A stretch of 64,000 bases of DNA from Candidatus Hadarchaeota archaeon. GTDB taxonomy: Archaea > CAYQAE01 > CAYVLA01. A program made the position numbers and the translations under genes. Of this stretch, positions 10,496 through 20,918 are shown one piece after another (positions within the stretch are counted from its first letter, which is position 1; every line of letters begins with the position of its first letter). The notes under the pieces are model-generated. The model did not search any database and had not been told where the DNA came from. It saw only the letters and a program-made list of their open reading frames with translations. The stretch is taken from positions 1 to 64,000 of the forward strand of contig CAYVLA010000001.1 of the NCBI GenBank assembly GCA_964452145.1, read 5' to 3'.

Positions 10496-11749
10496 TCAAT
10501 GCCTTGAAAAATCGCTTGGCTTGCCAGGGAGGCAAGGGTTCCCCAATTCGGCCACGACCACTGCATCGATCCCGTCCCCCGATCCGTATGGAAGTGATAT
10601 CACCAGCATGTCCCCGGCTCGTCTGGAAGCCAGCTTGCCCCCATCAATCATATGTACTGCCTTGACCCTGCGATCCGCATCCGGCAGCTCGACCCCGCCG
10701 CTCGGAGGATCGAGGACGTGGAGATAGGCGGTCATCTGGCGGGAAACGACATATCCCCACGGAACGCCCGGCATGGAGATGGGCCTCGTTCCGTAGATCG
10801 AGTCCCCATGCTTGCGAAGCCAGGAGCCAATCGCCATCAGAACACTCTTCTGTTCGGTGGGCACCTCGCCTGAAGCCATGGGCGCGACGTTCAAAAGGTA
10901 GTTGCCGCCATCGCCGACGATTCCGACCAGTTTCCGGATCAGGAAATGGGGCGACTTGAAGTTCCTGTCAGCTTGGTTGAAGTGCCAAGAATCGTTGATG
11001 GTGTCGCACACCTCGAAGGGCCAGTTGTCAGGGGCGGGAGAGGGCATGGCGCGTGGGACTCCCTCTCCGTGATCATCCAGAAAGCCCATATAACCGGGAA
11101 GGGTCGGCGGTCGTTTCTCGGCCTCGTAGAAGTCCCTGCCCATCAGGAGCGCTCCTGGTTGAAGGTCCGACATGATCTGCTGTGTCTCCGTAACCCTGTA
11201 GTCGAAGGCAGGGCCGTGCCATGGACCAGGGTCGAGCCACAGGCCCGCTATCTCGCCGTAGTTCGCGCAGAGTTCCCGTATCTGACCCTGGTAGTAGGAG
11301 ACGTACCGATCCCATTCGGCCCCGGTCCCCGGCTTGAAAGAGGGGTGATGGTGGTCGGGCAGCGAGTAGTAGAGAAAAAGCGGCAGATGCTTGGCCCTGC
11401 ACTCATCGGCCAGCAGACGAACGAAATCCCTGCGTGTAGGCGAATGCATGGAATCGTAGTTGGTGAGATCGCTTGAGAAGAGGCAGAAGCCGTCGTGGTG
11501 TTTGGCTGTGAAGGTCATGTATCTTGCTCCTGCATCGCGAGCCAACTGGACCCAAGATGAAGCATCGAACTTTTCGGCGCTAAAGCGCGTCACCGCGCTC
11601 TCCGGAGTCCTCCAGTTCTGGTGTCCGGTCGGCAGGGAGAAGAGGCTCCAGTGGATGAACATGCCGAACTTCAGGTCCTTGAAGGCGTCCTGTTCAGCGC
11701 GCAGCCTGCCTGGGGTGCTGGAGGCGGTGTTCGCGGGCAAATGCTCCAC
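10496..11749 (-). CDS. Alpha-L-fucosidase (GH29)
   Basis: FKDLKFGMFIHW, TAKHHDGF, GLWLD and NYLLNVAP. Start inferred (GTG). Confidence 0.92.
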   Translation of the reverse strand: MEHLPANTASSTPGRLRAEQDAFKDLKFGMFIHWSLFSLPTGHQNWRTPESAVTRFSAEKFDASSWVQLARDAGARYMTFTAKHHDGFCLFSSDLTNYDSMHSPTRRDFVRLLADECRAKHLPLFLYYSLPDHHHPSFKPGTGAEWDRYVSYYQGQIRELCANYGEIAGLWLDPGPWHGPAFDYRVTETQQIMSDLQPGALLMGRDFYEAEKRPPTLPGYMGFLDDHGEGVPRAMPSPAPDNWPFEVCDTINDSWHFNQADRNFKSPHFLIRKLVGIVGDGGNYLLNVAPMASGEVPTEQKSVLMAIGSWLRKHGDSIYGTRPISMPGVPWGYVVSRQMTAYLHVLDPPSGGVELPDADRRVKAVHMIDGGKLASRRAGDMLVISLPYGSGDGIDAVVVAELGNPCLPGKPSDFSRH

Positions 11750-11876
11750 CCACGCTAGACCTCGCTCAAAAATGCCTCGCAGCGTGCAGCCGCCGAGTTG
11801 GGAATGCGGCGTTCCCCTGCCGGTGTCTCCGCCCGCCCGACCATGAAAACATACAAGAAGCCCTCCGCGCTCACCG

Positions 11877-12503
11877 ATGGTCGAATTGCAGAGCCAGGAC
11901 TTCATACGGGACTACGTCCGCAAGGAAGGAGCGGCCTACGTTGACCTGGGCAACTACGACTGCGGCGCTTCCAGCGAGAGGGTCTACGTGCGGGACAAGC
12001 TGGCCAACCAGGTTGAAGATCTTGACAGGTCGGGCTTGGAGTACTCGGCCGAAACAAGAATCCACCACGCTTACTACCTCGCCACCGCGGGCCTGTTCGT
12101 AATGGCGTTCTACTTCTCGGTCTTCTTCATGCGCGATGCCCTTGGCGACGACATCTGGCTCCTCGCCATCTCTGGGCTTTACGTCCTCCCGTTCCTGATG
12201 AGGCGTTTCACCTCGGGATTCCGCATCGTGGTCTACTACTTCGCCATCTGCACTGTCTTCTCTTTGCTCGTTGGCTCCTGGAAGGAGAACGACCTTGGCT
12301 CCGGGGTGCTCATATTCTACGTGGTCGGCATAACCCCATACATTGCCTCCAGAATCTTCAAGAGGATCTGGACGGAGGCCAGAGTCGTCATCTCCTCAGG
12401 GGGCGATCAGATCACCCTGAACTTCCCCGCTTCCCAGCTGGGGCGGTTGAGCGAGATCCTAGACCCTTCTAACAGGGCTTCAGGCCGGACGCCTAATACC
12501 TGA
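11877..12503 (+). CDS. Hypothetical membrane protein (about 4 TM helices)
   Basis: Soluble N- and C-terminal segments flank four hydrophobic stretches. Confidence 0.7.
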   Translation: MVELQSQDFIRDYVRKEGAAYVDLGNYDCGASSERVYVRDKLANQVEDLDRSGLEYSAETRIHHAYYLATAGLFVMAFYFSVFFMRDALGDDIWLLAISGLYVLPFLMRRFTSGFRIVVYYFAICTVFSLLVGSWKENDLGSGVLIFYVVGITPYIASRIFKRIWTEARVVISSGGDQITLNFPASQLGRLSEILDPSNRASGRTPNT

Positions 12504-13704
12504 TGTTGACCTTCCTGCCGAGCTTGGCCGACTCCACCATGGCATCGCAGATGACGTTGCACCTGTATCCGTCTTCGAAGGTCGCCGCCTGGGGGCCCAC
12601 TGGCTTGTCGTTTACGATGCAGTCGATGATGTGCTTGGCTTCGTGCACAAATGTCGCTCCCCATCCGATGATGTGCCCGTGGGGCCACCACACGTCGAAG
12701 TATGGATGGCTTGCCTCGGTGACGAGGACATCGTGGAATCCTTCTACGCCCTTCTTTCTGTCCTCTATGAGGTTGACCTTGAGCCTGTTCATATCCTCCA
12801 TGTCGAAGTAGATGCTTCCCTTGGAGCCGTTGATCTCGATAGTCTCGTGATTCTTCCTGCCTGAGCACATCCTTGACGCCTCGATGGTCCCGACCGCTCC
12901 GTTCTGGAATTCTATGACCGATTCCACAGCGTCGTCCACCGTGACCCGGGCCTTCTTGCTGGGATCCCCCGGGAGCGGCCTTTCCTTGATCATGGTCTTG
13001 GTTAGTGCCATGACCGACTTGAACTCGCCCACGAGAAATCTTCCCAGGTCTATGGTGTGGGCGGCGAGGTCGCCGAGGGAACCGCTGCCCGCCACCTGCC
13101 CATCCAAGCGCCAGACCAGTGGCGTCTGCTGGTGGGGAAGTATCCATTCCTGCAGGTATTGCGCCCTGAAGTGGTAGATCTTCCCTATCCGCCCGTCCTG
13201 AATCAACTGCCTGGCCAGGGCAATCGCGGGGAGCAACCTGCCATTGAAGGACACCATGTGCTTGATGTCGGCCTTCTCGGCCGCGGAGAGGATCTCCTTG
13301 GCCTCCTGAGCATTCCTGCCGAGAGGCTTCTCGCACCATATGTTCTTACCCAGCTCGGCTGCTTCAACGCATGGCTCCCTGTGCATGTCATTCGGCGCCC
13401 CGTTGTCGAAGAGTTCAACCTCTTCGTCCTCGAGCATCCGGTGCCAGTCTGTGTAGTGTTTCTCATACCCGAATCTGCGGGCGGCCTCGGCCAGCCGGGC
13501 CTCCCTCCTTCCGCTGATGGCCACCAGCCTTGGGATGGCGGGAGGGGGCCAGTATATGTAGGACATGGTCTTGTAGGCGTATGAGTGGGCCTTTCCCATG
13601 AAGGCGTATCCAAGCATCCCAACGCCGATCTTTGGGATCTCCCTTGTGGGTGCGACGACATCTCCCATCGTTAGGAATCCTACTTCCTTCTGCTTCTTCG
13701 CCAT
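12493..13704 (-). CDS. Gfo/Idh/MocA family oxidoreductase
   Basis: GYAFMGKAH, CEKPL, GSLGDLAAHTID, WWPHGHIIGW. Confidence 0.93.
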   Translation of the reverse strand: MAKKQKEVGFLTMGDVVAPTREIPKIGVGMLGYAFMGKAHSYAYKTMSYIYWPPPAIPRLVAISGRREARLAEAARRFGYEKHYTDWHRMLEDEEVELFDNGAPNDMHREPCVEAAELGKNIWCEKPLGRNAQEAKEILSAAEKADIKHMVSFNGRLLPAIALARQLIQDGRIGKIYHFRAQYLQEWILPHQQTPLVWRLDGQVAGSGSLGDLAAHTIDLGRFLVGEFKSVMALTKTMIKERPLPGDPSKKARVTVDDAVESVIEFQNGAVGTIEASRMCSGRKNHETIEINGSKGSIYFDMEDMNRLKVNLIEDRKKGVEGFHDVLVTEASHPYFDVWWPHGHIIGWGATFVHEAKHIIDCIVNDKPVGPQAATFEDGYRCNVICDAMVESAKLGRKVNIRY

Positions 13705-14224
13705 GCGATCCGCTCCGGGGTATCGGACGCCGGGCAACTGTAGCCCGCCGGGAAATATAAAGTTTGGGTTGCCTCATTGCATGCCAGCAGACAAGGCCAC
13801 CGTGGGAGGGCGGGTCTGTGAGTCCCTGGAAGAACCAAGGATGACCCCCAGGCATACTGCACCCGACGCCCGGATCTGTCCAGTGCTTCTCTCACGACAC
13901 GGATCAGGCATCGCCAGTAGTGGAGTGGCTGGTCGACAATATCCCCGGGGATGACTTAAGGGTTGGCATCATCGATGAGAAGGCAACTCAGAAGCATCTG
14001 ACAGGTTCCCGCGGACCGTGGAAGTCTGGGTCCAGGCCCAGATTGGCGCCTGCAAGAGGTCTTGAAGATTCCTACGCAGCGTGCCTAAGTTCTCCGAGAA
14101 TCCCGGATGCCAGCTGACTCCTTGGATATGCCTCCGACCGGGGTCGTTCAGTCAACTGGGTCAGAGAGATCGAGTGGGACCGATCTGTGAGCGGACCCGA
14201 GCAGCGGACCGTTGCCTCCTTGCC

Positions 14225-15193
14225 TCACCCACGGCTTGGATGCCTGTCGTAGGCAAGCGGATGGTGCTCAATGAAGTCCAACACGGTCTGTCGATCGGGG
14301 ACCCCCGCCGTTGCCCCGGGCCTGGACACGCAGAATCCGCCCACGGCATTGGCATACCTGGTCGTCTTGCCCATGTCCCAACCCTCTCCGAGGCCGAGGA
14401 GGAATCCTGCCACGAAGGCGTCGCCAGCACCCGTCCCGTCCACGGGAACGAATTCGGGATCCGCCGGCATATCGATCGTCTCGGTCCGTGTCCTGACATG
14501 GCAGCCACTGGAGCCCATCTTTATCGCTACGACCGAGGGCCCCATCTTCATGATGACCCTTGATACCTCGGACTGGGATGCCCCGGGCATTGATACGACC
14601 ATCCTTGCCTCATCAAGGTTGGAGAAGTAGTAGTCAATCTCGCCCATGGCTGCCTTGAGCGCGGTCCACTGCACCCTGTCGCTCCACGCAAGATCGATGG
14701 AGGTGGATGCCCCCCTAACGTGAGCTTTGGAGAAGACCGTTGATAGATCGCGGGGAGTGATGGAGGGCAAGAGGTTGTAGCCCCCGACGTGAAAGACGTC
14801 GCACAGATAACTTTCCGGGGAGATATCGTCCAACGAAAATGAAGAGTTGGCGCCCACATAGTGGTAGAAGGTCCTTTCTCCCGTCTCCATGTCCACTTCG
14901 ATATCCGTGGTTGCCGTCATCTCATCCTTCTCGATTTTTACCCCGTTCACATCCACGTTGGCATAGCCCCTCAGGGTCTCGATGACGAACCTGCCCCAGT
15001 AGTCATCACCTATCTTGCCCACGATTTTCGAACTAACCCCCATCTTGGCAAGGGAGATCCCGGTATTCGCCGCACAGCCACCGACGTGGAGTGTTATGGG
15101 TTCCTCTAGCGTGACGAGCCTTCCGGGCTCGGCCCTTTCCCTGAAGCGACGAACGATGTCCGCGACAAGTATTCCCGCACAGGTGACCTTCAT
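14225..15193 (-). CDS. PfkB family carbohydrate kinase
   Basis: GGCAANTG, GKIGDD and VDGTGAGDAFVAGF. Confidence 0.94.
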   Translation of the reverse strand: MKVTCAGILVADIVRRFRERAEPGRLVTLEEPITLHVGGCAANTGISLAKMGVSSKIVGKIGDDYWGRFVIETLRGYANVDVNGVKIEKDEMTATTDIEVDMETGERTFYHYVGANSSFSLDDISPESYLCDVFHVGGYNLLPSITPRDLSTVFSKAHVRGASTSIDLAWSDRVQWTALKAAMGEIDYYFSNLDEARMVVSMPGASQSEVSRVIMKMGPSVVAIKMGSSGCHVRTRTETIDMPADPEFVPVDGTGAGDAFVAGFLLGLGEGWDMGKTTRYANAVGGFCVSRPGATAGVPDRQTVLDFIEHHPLAYDRHPSRG

Positions 15194-15247
15194 GCCTTTC
15201 CTCCCGTAAGCTGAATGTCGGCTTCCGCGATCAGGGGATATATGTGT

Positions 15248-15943
15248 TCAGTGCCCGGGCCCGCTGCCCCGACCTGGGGTTTCGTTCAGTCTCCGGACGA
15301 GAAGGGGAATCCCATCCAAATCGTCAAGGATTGCCACGGGTGACAGAGCCCGCAGAGCGGATTCCTCTGAGGTGGCCCTCACCGCGGCGAAGAGCGCCCC
15401 GGCCGCTCGGGCGCATTGCCCGTCCATGACATGGTCGCCCACGAATAGGATGCGCCCTGGCTCCGCATCGAGCTTCCGGGCCAGCGCCAACAGCGCCGCT
15501 GGGTCGGGCTTGGTCGGGCCGTTGGGAGTCCTGCAGGACATGGCGTCGAAGGCCTCAACCGATCCAATCCTACCTAAGACAAGCCTCGCATAGGCCTCGC
15601 ACGACCTGGTCAAAAGCCCGATCTTGATCGCCATATCTCTTAGATCTGCGAGCATCGCCGGGATATTCCCCAACGGCCGGCTGTATCCGACCGATTCCAT
15701 CTCGACCCGATCCATGATCGAGTGAAGATCCAGCATGTACCGCCCCAACGTGGATTCGTCCGGCACCGCCTTCCTGAAGTACTCTATGATGTCGGTCGTC
15801 GTGCCACCCCGGGGCATCTGGATATCGGGTAGCTTTGACTGAACGTATTCACGTATGTCTTCTTTCATTCGATGGAAATCAAGGCCGGAATCGACAAGCG
15901 TGTTGTCAAGATCGAAGACAACCGCGTCTATCCTGCGACCCAC
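15248..15943 (-). CDS. HAD-family hydrolase
   Basis: FDLDNTL, LLTRS, KPDP and FVGDHVMD. Start inferred. Confidence 0.88.
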   Translation of the reverse strand: MGRRIDAVVFDLDNTLVDSGLDFHRMKEDIREYVQSKLPDIQMPRGGTTTDIIEYFRKAVPDESTLGRYMLDLHSIMDRVEMESVGYSRPLGNIPAMLADLRDMAIKIGLLTRSCEAYARLVLGRIGSVEAFDAMSCRTPNGPTKPDPAALLALARKLDAEPGRILFVGDHVMDGQCARAAGALFAAVRATSEESALRALSPVAILDDLDGIPLLVRRLNETPGRGSGPGH

Positions 15944-16040
15944 GGAGAGGAAGCTGATCCCGGTTTGAAAAATCGCTCCGGTCATGGTCGCCGCGTCTGG
16001 GTACCAACACATTTCTAGCGTCCGGCACCGAGATACACCC

Positions 16041-16385
16041 ATGAAGATCAAGGTGTGTGACTGCCCTGTCTACCTACATTCGATCGGCAAGTCCGTCCAC
16101 ATCGACATCGAGCATCCCCTGTTCGTGCGCATTCTGGAAAGGGGGGACCGGGCCTTCTGTCAGGGAAAAGGCGAACATGGCCTCTTCATCGCCTTGAACC
16201 GCGGGATGGCCGAGAAGGCCAGATCGGTGATGGCCGAGGTCATGGAGGACAGGTTCCAGACGGCGTGGCGCGATATCGTAGATCTAGGAAGGGAGTTCGG
16301 GTGGGACAGGGTTCAGGAGATGATGGAGAAGGCTAGGAAGCAATCGGAGAAGCCTGACGTGCAGGATCAGGGTGAACTCCCGTAG
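16041..16385 (+). CDS. Hypothetical protein
   Basis: 114-aa ORF divergent from the HAD gene, with protein-like composition. Confidence 0.6.
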   Translation: MKIKVCDCPVYLHSIGKSVHIDIEHPLFVRILERGDRAFCQGKGEHGLFIALNRGMAEKARSVMAEVMEDRFQTAWRDIVDLGREFGWDRVQEMMEKARKQSEKPDVQDQGELP

Positions 16386-17977
16386 GAGCCACATAGCCTG
16401 GAGATCCCCATTATGATGTGGGGTGCCGTCATTATGCCGAACACCCTCTTGTACTTGGCTCGCGTGATCTCCTTCAGAACCCGGCTGTCTCCCGACCTCA
16501 TGTACCCTCGAAGAAATGAGTCGACCAGGGCCTTCATCCTGCTCCACCGGAGGGTGTAATGGCCGGAGTAGAAAAGCAGCTCTGCAAGGTCCCATGCCGG
16601 ATTGCCTTTGTCGGAGGCTTGCTCGAGGTCGACGAACCACACCCGACCCTCATCGTCCATGATCGCGTTATCGGGCTTGGAGTCGCCCAGTGTCAGGCCG
16701 TCGAGATGCAGGCGACAGATCTCCTCGCCCAGCGTCTGGATTGACTGCAGATGCCTCCGGTCTGGGTGCGACAGGCACTCCTTGATGATCCTATCGAAGG
16801 AGGTTCCTTCGATGAACTCCTCAATTATGGTCCGGCGAGGAAGGCTGACGTGATGTATGTCGGGCGCGTTATGTCCTTTGGATCTGAGGAGCCTGTTCAT
16901 CCTGTATTCATTTGCAAGACGTCTGTCCCCCAGCACGTCGAAGTTCTGAGAGCCTATCGTCCAGATGCTCAGGGGGATCCATTTGAGCCCGAACCAGTTC
17001 TGATATGTCTTGGCGACTGCCCTCCTCAGTTGGTGGTCTTCCACGTAATCCAGCAGATAGACGTAGTTCAGGGCGCCTCCTATCCTTCTCATGGAACGAA
17101 GCGATGAACCCCCTTCCTTGGAGCCAATCAGCTCCATGTAGCTCCTCTGATCGTCCAAGGAAACCAGTCCGCTTTCTGTGTGCAGGTGCAGGAAGGATTT
17201 GGGATCCACCATCCTTTGGTCGCTGTCCGCATTCGAAGATTCCAGTCCTCGGGATATCTCCTGGACTAGGTAGGGGTCCAAAAGGCTATGGGCTATCCCC
17301 TGGGCGGCGAGCCTTCTCACCGCAAGCTCGATCTCCCTGAGGGGGGTGATAGGCATCTGCCGAGGTCTCACCACCCTCTCCAAGAACTTCGGAGTCACCT
17401 TCACGGAGCCGTCGATGGTAATGAGTCCCGCACTTGCCATCTGCCCAAGGGCCTGTCCAAAGCCGTAGGACGGATCACCCGAGCTTTGTGAGGGGAGCCT
17501 TTGGTAGACCGATTTGGACGGGGGAAATATCCTGATCCTGCGCTGCATCCTGGCGTGAAAGAAGAAGGGAGGATCGATGAGAATCTCCGGGGTGAGGTCG
17601 TGATATCTGAAGTAGAGGTTCTGAAGCTCCTCCTTGACTATTCGCGTCTTCAAGTCAACTTCCCTAGCCCGGAGCAACTCCTGCCCGCTTATCGCCTGGT
17701 AGGGAGCGAGGAGTGAGGAGGCTACGAACTCGCCGAGCGTACCTCGCTGGGCGTCCTTCTCTAGGAGACTGGTGGAGACGATTGTAATCGCGAAATCCTC
17801 TCCGTCGATCGACAACCTGCGCCTAGTCAGAGCATCCTCCGGCTTGTCGACTACCACCATGAGTTCGACGGGGCCGCTCCCTGGGGGACCAGGCAGAGCG
17901 TAGGATGCGGCCACGTGGCTGCTGCAGACTGCCTCAACCGCCCTGCGTGCGAGGGAATCTACATCGCGCCGCTTCAA
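16367..17977 (-). CDS. Degenerate nucleotidyltransferase-like N-domain fused to a Bud32/Kdo-type protein kinase-like domain
   Basis: C-terminal AVAK, EEFIEG, LGDSKPDN, VDLEQA and AWDLAEL. N-terminal GEFVA..LLAPY segment. Confidence 0.75.
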   Translation of the reverse strand: MKRRDVDSLARRAVEAVCSSHVAASYALPGPPGSGPVELMVVVDKPEDALTRRRLSIDGEDFAITIVSTSLLEKDAQRGTLGEFVASSLLAPYQAISGQELLRAREVDLKTRIVKEELQNLYFRYHDLTPEILIDPPFFFHARMQRRIRIFPPSKSVYQRLPSQSSGDPSYGFGQALGQMASAGLITIDGSVKVTPKFLERVVRPRQMPITPLREIELAVRRLAAQGIAHSLLDPYLVQEISRGLESSNADSDQRMVDPKSFLHLHTESGLVSLDDQRSYMELIGSKEGGSSLRSMRRIGGALNYVYLLDYVEDHQLRRAVAKTYQNWFGLKWIPLSIWTIGSQNFDVLGDRRLANEYRMNRLLRSKGHNAPDIHHVSLPRRTIIEEFIEGTSFDRIIKECLSHPDRRHLQSIQTLGEEICRLHLDGLTLGDSKPDNAIMDDEGRVWFVDLEQASDKGNPAWDLAELLFYSGHYTLRWSRMKALVDSFLRGYMRSGDSRVLKEITRAKYKRVFGIMTAPHIIMGISRLCGSYGSSP

Positions 17978-18099
17978 CGATCATGGCATGTAGCGCCCCT
18001 TATTGTCTCTTTTGTACGAGATTCCGGCATGCCACCCCCGGCGCATGACCCCGGAAAGATTATAGAACCATCGGCATGGCACCCTAGCAACGCAAGAGG

Positions 18100-18906
18100 G
18101 TGACGGCGGATCCGATGTTGGGCATTGATCTTGGGTTGATGGCTGCTGCGGTGGGCTGCTTGGCAGCCATGGTTGGCGTTGGCGGGGGCTTCCTCGTTGT
18201 GCCGATGCTCATACTGATCTGGGGCCTGTCGGCACAGGATGCCGCCGGGACGTCCCTTCTCATGATCATCTTCACCTCTTTGTCCTCCACCGCGGCCTAT
18301 GCCCGGCAGAGGAGGATTGACTACAGGCTCGGCCTCATCCTCGCCTCGGGGACGATTCCCGGAGCTCTGCTGGGTGCCTATGTGACCAGTTTGGTGGAAT
18401 CGGTGGTCTTGGTCGGGCTTTTCGGGGTCTTTCTACTGGGGCTCTCAATCAACATGCTGATTGCCCGAGAGATCCCCGATGAGCAGAGCGCTTCGAGTGA
18501 GGCAAGCACAAAGGTGGATGCAAATGGCCGAGTCTTCAGGCATGCCGTCAGGACAAGCCGGGGCCTTCCCGGTAGCTTTGCGGCCGGTCTGACCTCGGGT
18601 TTCTTCGGCATAGGCGGGGGCGTCCTGATCGTCCCGCTTCTCAGACTGTGGTTGGGCATCCCTATGCACATCGCCTGCGCAACCAGCATGTTCATGATGG
18701 TTTTCACCTCCATTGCTGCCGCCTCAACTCACGCCGCCCTGGGCCACTGCAGGCTTGACTATGCCATACCGTTGTGCATAGGGATAATCGCCGGCACCCA
18801 GATAGGAGCCTTTCTGGCCAAGAGAACCAAGGCCAGAATTCTTGAGAAGATGCTTGGGGCGTGTCTGTTGGTCGTGGGGGCCAGAATGATCGTCAGCCTT
18901 CTGTGA
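18100..18906 (+). CDS. Sulfite exporter TauE/SafE family protein
   Basis: GVGGGFLVVP and GIGGGVLIVP duplicated motifs, AGTSL, highly hydrophobic. Confidence 0.92.
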   Translation: MTADPMLGIDLGLMAAAVGCLAAMVGVGGGFLVVPMLILIWGLSAQDAAGTSLLMIIFTSLSSTAAYARQRRIDYRLGLILASGTIPGALLGAYVTSLVESVVLVGLFGVFLLGLSINMLIAREIPDEQSASSEASTKVDANGRVFRHAVRTSRGLPGSFAAGLTSGFFGIGGGVLIVPLLRLWLGIPMHIACATSMFMMVFTSIAAASTHAALGHCRLDYAIPLCIGIIAGTQIGAFLAKRTKARILEKMLGACLLVVGARMIVSLL

Positions 18907-18974
18907 CAGGGGTTGGTCAGCCGGCCCTGTGTGGAAATATTAAAGGGCGCCTCCCGCCGAATCGATGTGATTGT

Positions 18975-20918
18975 ATGTCACGCTATCTCTGCTTTCTTCT
19001 CGCCGCCTTCGCGATCTCCCTGTACCTTTGCGATGCTCAAGGTTACAGTGAAGTAACCGTCGTGGCTCCCGCTGTCGCCCAAACCTCAGACGGCTGGATC
19101 GGGGTGGTCTCCTACGTGGAGGTTGCCGCCAGTACGGGAACCGGCAGGGTGTTCGTCGATACCTTTCCGCTGACCCAGATAGACACCCAAGGCTCGGCGA
19201 GGCTGGCCGCTGAGGCTGCGGCCTCTCTTGCAGGGGTGGATCTCTCCAAGGTTGATCTCTACGTCGTGATACGTTCGGACTCCGCAGTGATTGGCGGTCC
19301 CTCCGCCGGTGCCACAATGGCAGTGGCAATCCTTGCATCCCTCTTGAACCGCTCCGTAAACTCCGCCGTGGTGATGACCGGGACGATCAACCCGGACGGA
19401 ACCATCGGACCAATAGGAGGCGTGGTGCAGAAGGCGGAGGCTGCCCATTCCGTCGGGGCGAGCGTCTTCCTTGTTCCCAGGGGGCAGACCGTCGCCACGG
19501 AAACCCCTACGAGCCGGACGCTGGTAAACGTCACCGACTATGCCAAGCAGCACTGGAACTTGACAGTCCTTGAGGCCGATGACCTAAGGCAGGCAGCAAG
19601 GTGGATGATCGGCATAGACATCCAGCCTCCTGGAGGCGGCGAGCAGATCGATCTGACCCGGTACAACAAGGTCATGAGCACGGCGGCCCAGAACATGCTA
19701 GACGAGGCTGTCGGAATGGCGAAGCGAGCCGAAGAGGCGTTCGATTCGGCCAGGCTGACGTATTCCCAGAGAAACTATCTCTCCGGCTACGTCGAGGACT
19801 TCAAGGCCAAGATAGAGGACGCTAAGAAGGCCCAAAGGGACGAGACCTACTACCTCAGCGCCAGTCTGTCCTTCCAAGCCAAGATCAACGCCACGTTCGT
19901 AGACTATGCCCTGCAGTATCTAAGATCCGGCACCAGAACCACAGCGAAACGCCTCATAGAGGACGCCGAGAAGGCGGCACGTGAAGCCTTCGGCACGGTC
20001 AACGAGACCTCGTTCACCAGCATCACGGCCTTCGAATGCTACGCAGCTGCCCAGAGAAGGGCTGACGAAGCCGTCCTCAAGAGCGAAAGTGCCTGGAAGA
20101 ACTACTATCAGAGCGAGTCGGATATGGCGACCCTGGCGGCTCTATGGGATGCGGCCTATATGAAGGAGCGCGCAGCAACCGCCCTGTGGTGGGTGAGTCT
20201 GTGCGAGGACTTCCCTGGCGAGTTGGAGATCAACCGGACAAGCATCAAGGCCACCGCCCAGAAGTACGCCGATGACCTGAAGTACCTGGTAGCCTACGCC
20301 CAGTCCTTCGGCGAGGGGATAACGAGCGGTTTCCTCACTTCAGCGGCATCCCTCCAGAGCGATGTACAGCGCCAGCTGGACAACGGGGTCTATGCTTCGG
20401 CCATCCTAGATGCTCTCAGAGGCAGATCATACGTGAATGCCCACCTCGAGCTCTATGCAAACCTGCTCTCCTCCGATGAGGAACTGGTCAAGACCCTTTT
20501 GGGGAAGGTGGAAAGGGAGAAGGAGCTATCCCGATCAGCGGTGGCCGCAAGCCGTGACTACGGTGTCAATCCCATACTCGCCCTCAGCCACTTGGAGTCT
20601 GCCGAAAACTACGAGCGGAAGGTTGAAGCAAGTGGCCCTGCATCAGGACAGATCCCCATGCTTCTGCAAGCATTCCTGGAGTACAAGTACGCCAGGCTTG
20701 TGGCGGAGATGTCCCCTGCCCTGTCCGCCCGTCTTGGAGACGGGGAGGGGCAGCGAACCGCACCTAGGATCGAACCGTTCAACCCCACGCTGCGAACGAT
20801 CTACAGGCTGAGAACGGGGGACGCCATGGTCATAGGGATCGGATGCCTCGCCATCGGGCTGGCCGTCGGGCTGCTGGCCGGCCGACGTGGCGGACGGGAG
20901 AAGCGGGCAGGCATATGA
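18975..20918 (+). CDS. Membrane-anchored Lon-like S16 serine protease (COG1750 type)
   Basis: Signal peptide, GPSAG (catalytic Ser), MTGTINPDGTIGPIGGVVQK (catalytic Lys), helical region, C-terminal TM. Confidence 0.9.
   Translation: MSRYLCFLLAAFAISLYLCDAQGYSEVTVVAPAVAQTSDGWIGVVSYVEVAASTGTGRVFVDTFPLTQIDTQGSARLAAEAAASLAGVDLSKVDLYVVIRSDSAVIGGPSAGATMAVAILASLLNRSVNSAVVMTGTINPDGTIGPIGGVVQKAEAAHSVGASVFLVPRGQTVATETPTSRTLVNVTDYAKQHWNLTVLEADDLRQAARWMIGIDIQPPGGGEQIDLTRYNKVMSTAAQNMLDEAVGMAKRAEEAFDSARLTYSQRNYLSGYVEDFKAKIEDAKKAQRDETYYLSASLSFQAKINATFVDYALQYLRSGTRTTAKRLIEDAEKAAREAFGTVNETSFTSITAFECYAAAQRRADEAVLKSESAWKNYYQSESDMATLAALWDAAYMKERAATALWWVSLCEDFPGELEINRTSIKATAQKYADDLKYLVAYAQSFGEGITSGFLTSAASLQSDVQRQLDNGVYASAILDALRGRSYVNAHLELYANLLSSDEELVKTLLGKVEREKELSRSAVAASRDYGVNPILALSHLESAENYERKVEASGPASGQIPMLLQAFLEYKYARLVAEMSPALSARLGDGEGQRTAPRIEPFNPTLRTIYRLRTGDAMVIGIGCLAIGLAVGLLAGRRGGREKRAGI

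Noticed and set aside
13770..14220. Short ORF fragments (e.g. 13920-14117) between the Gfo and PfkB genes
   Set aside because: No recognisable motifs and interrupted by stops. Possibly decayed sequence, but unsupported.
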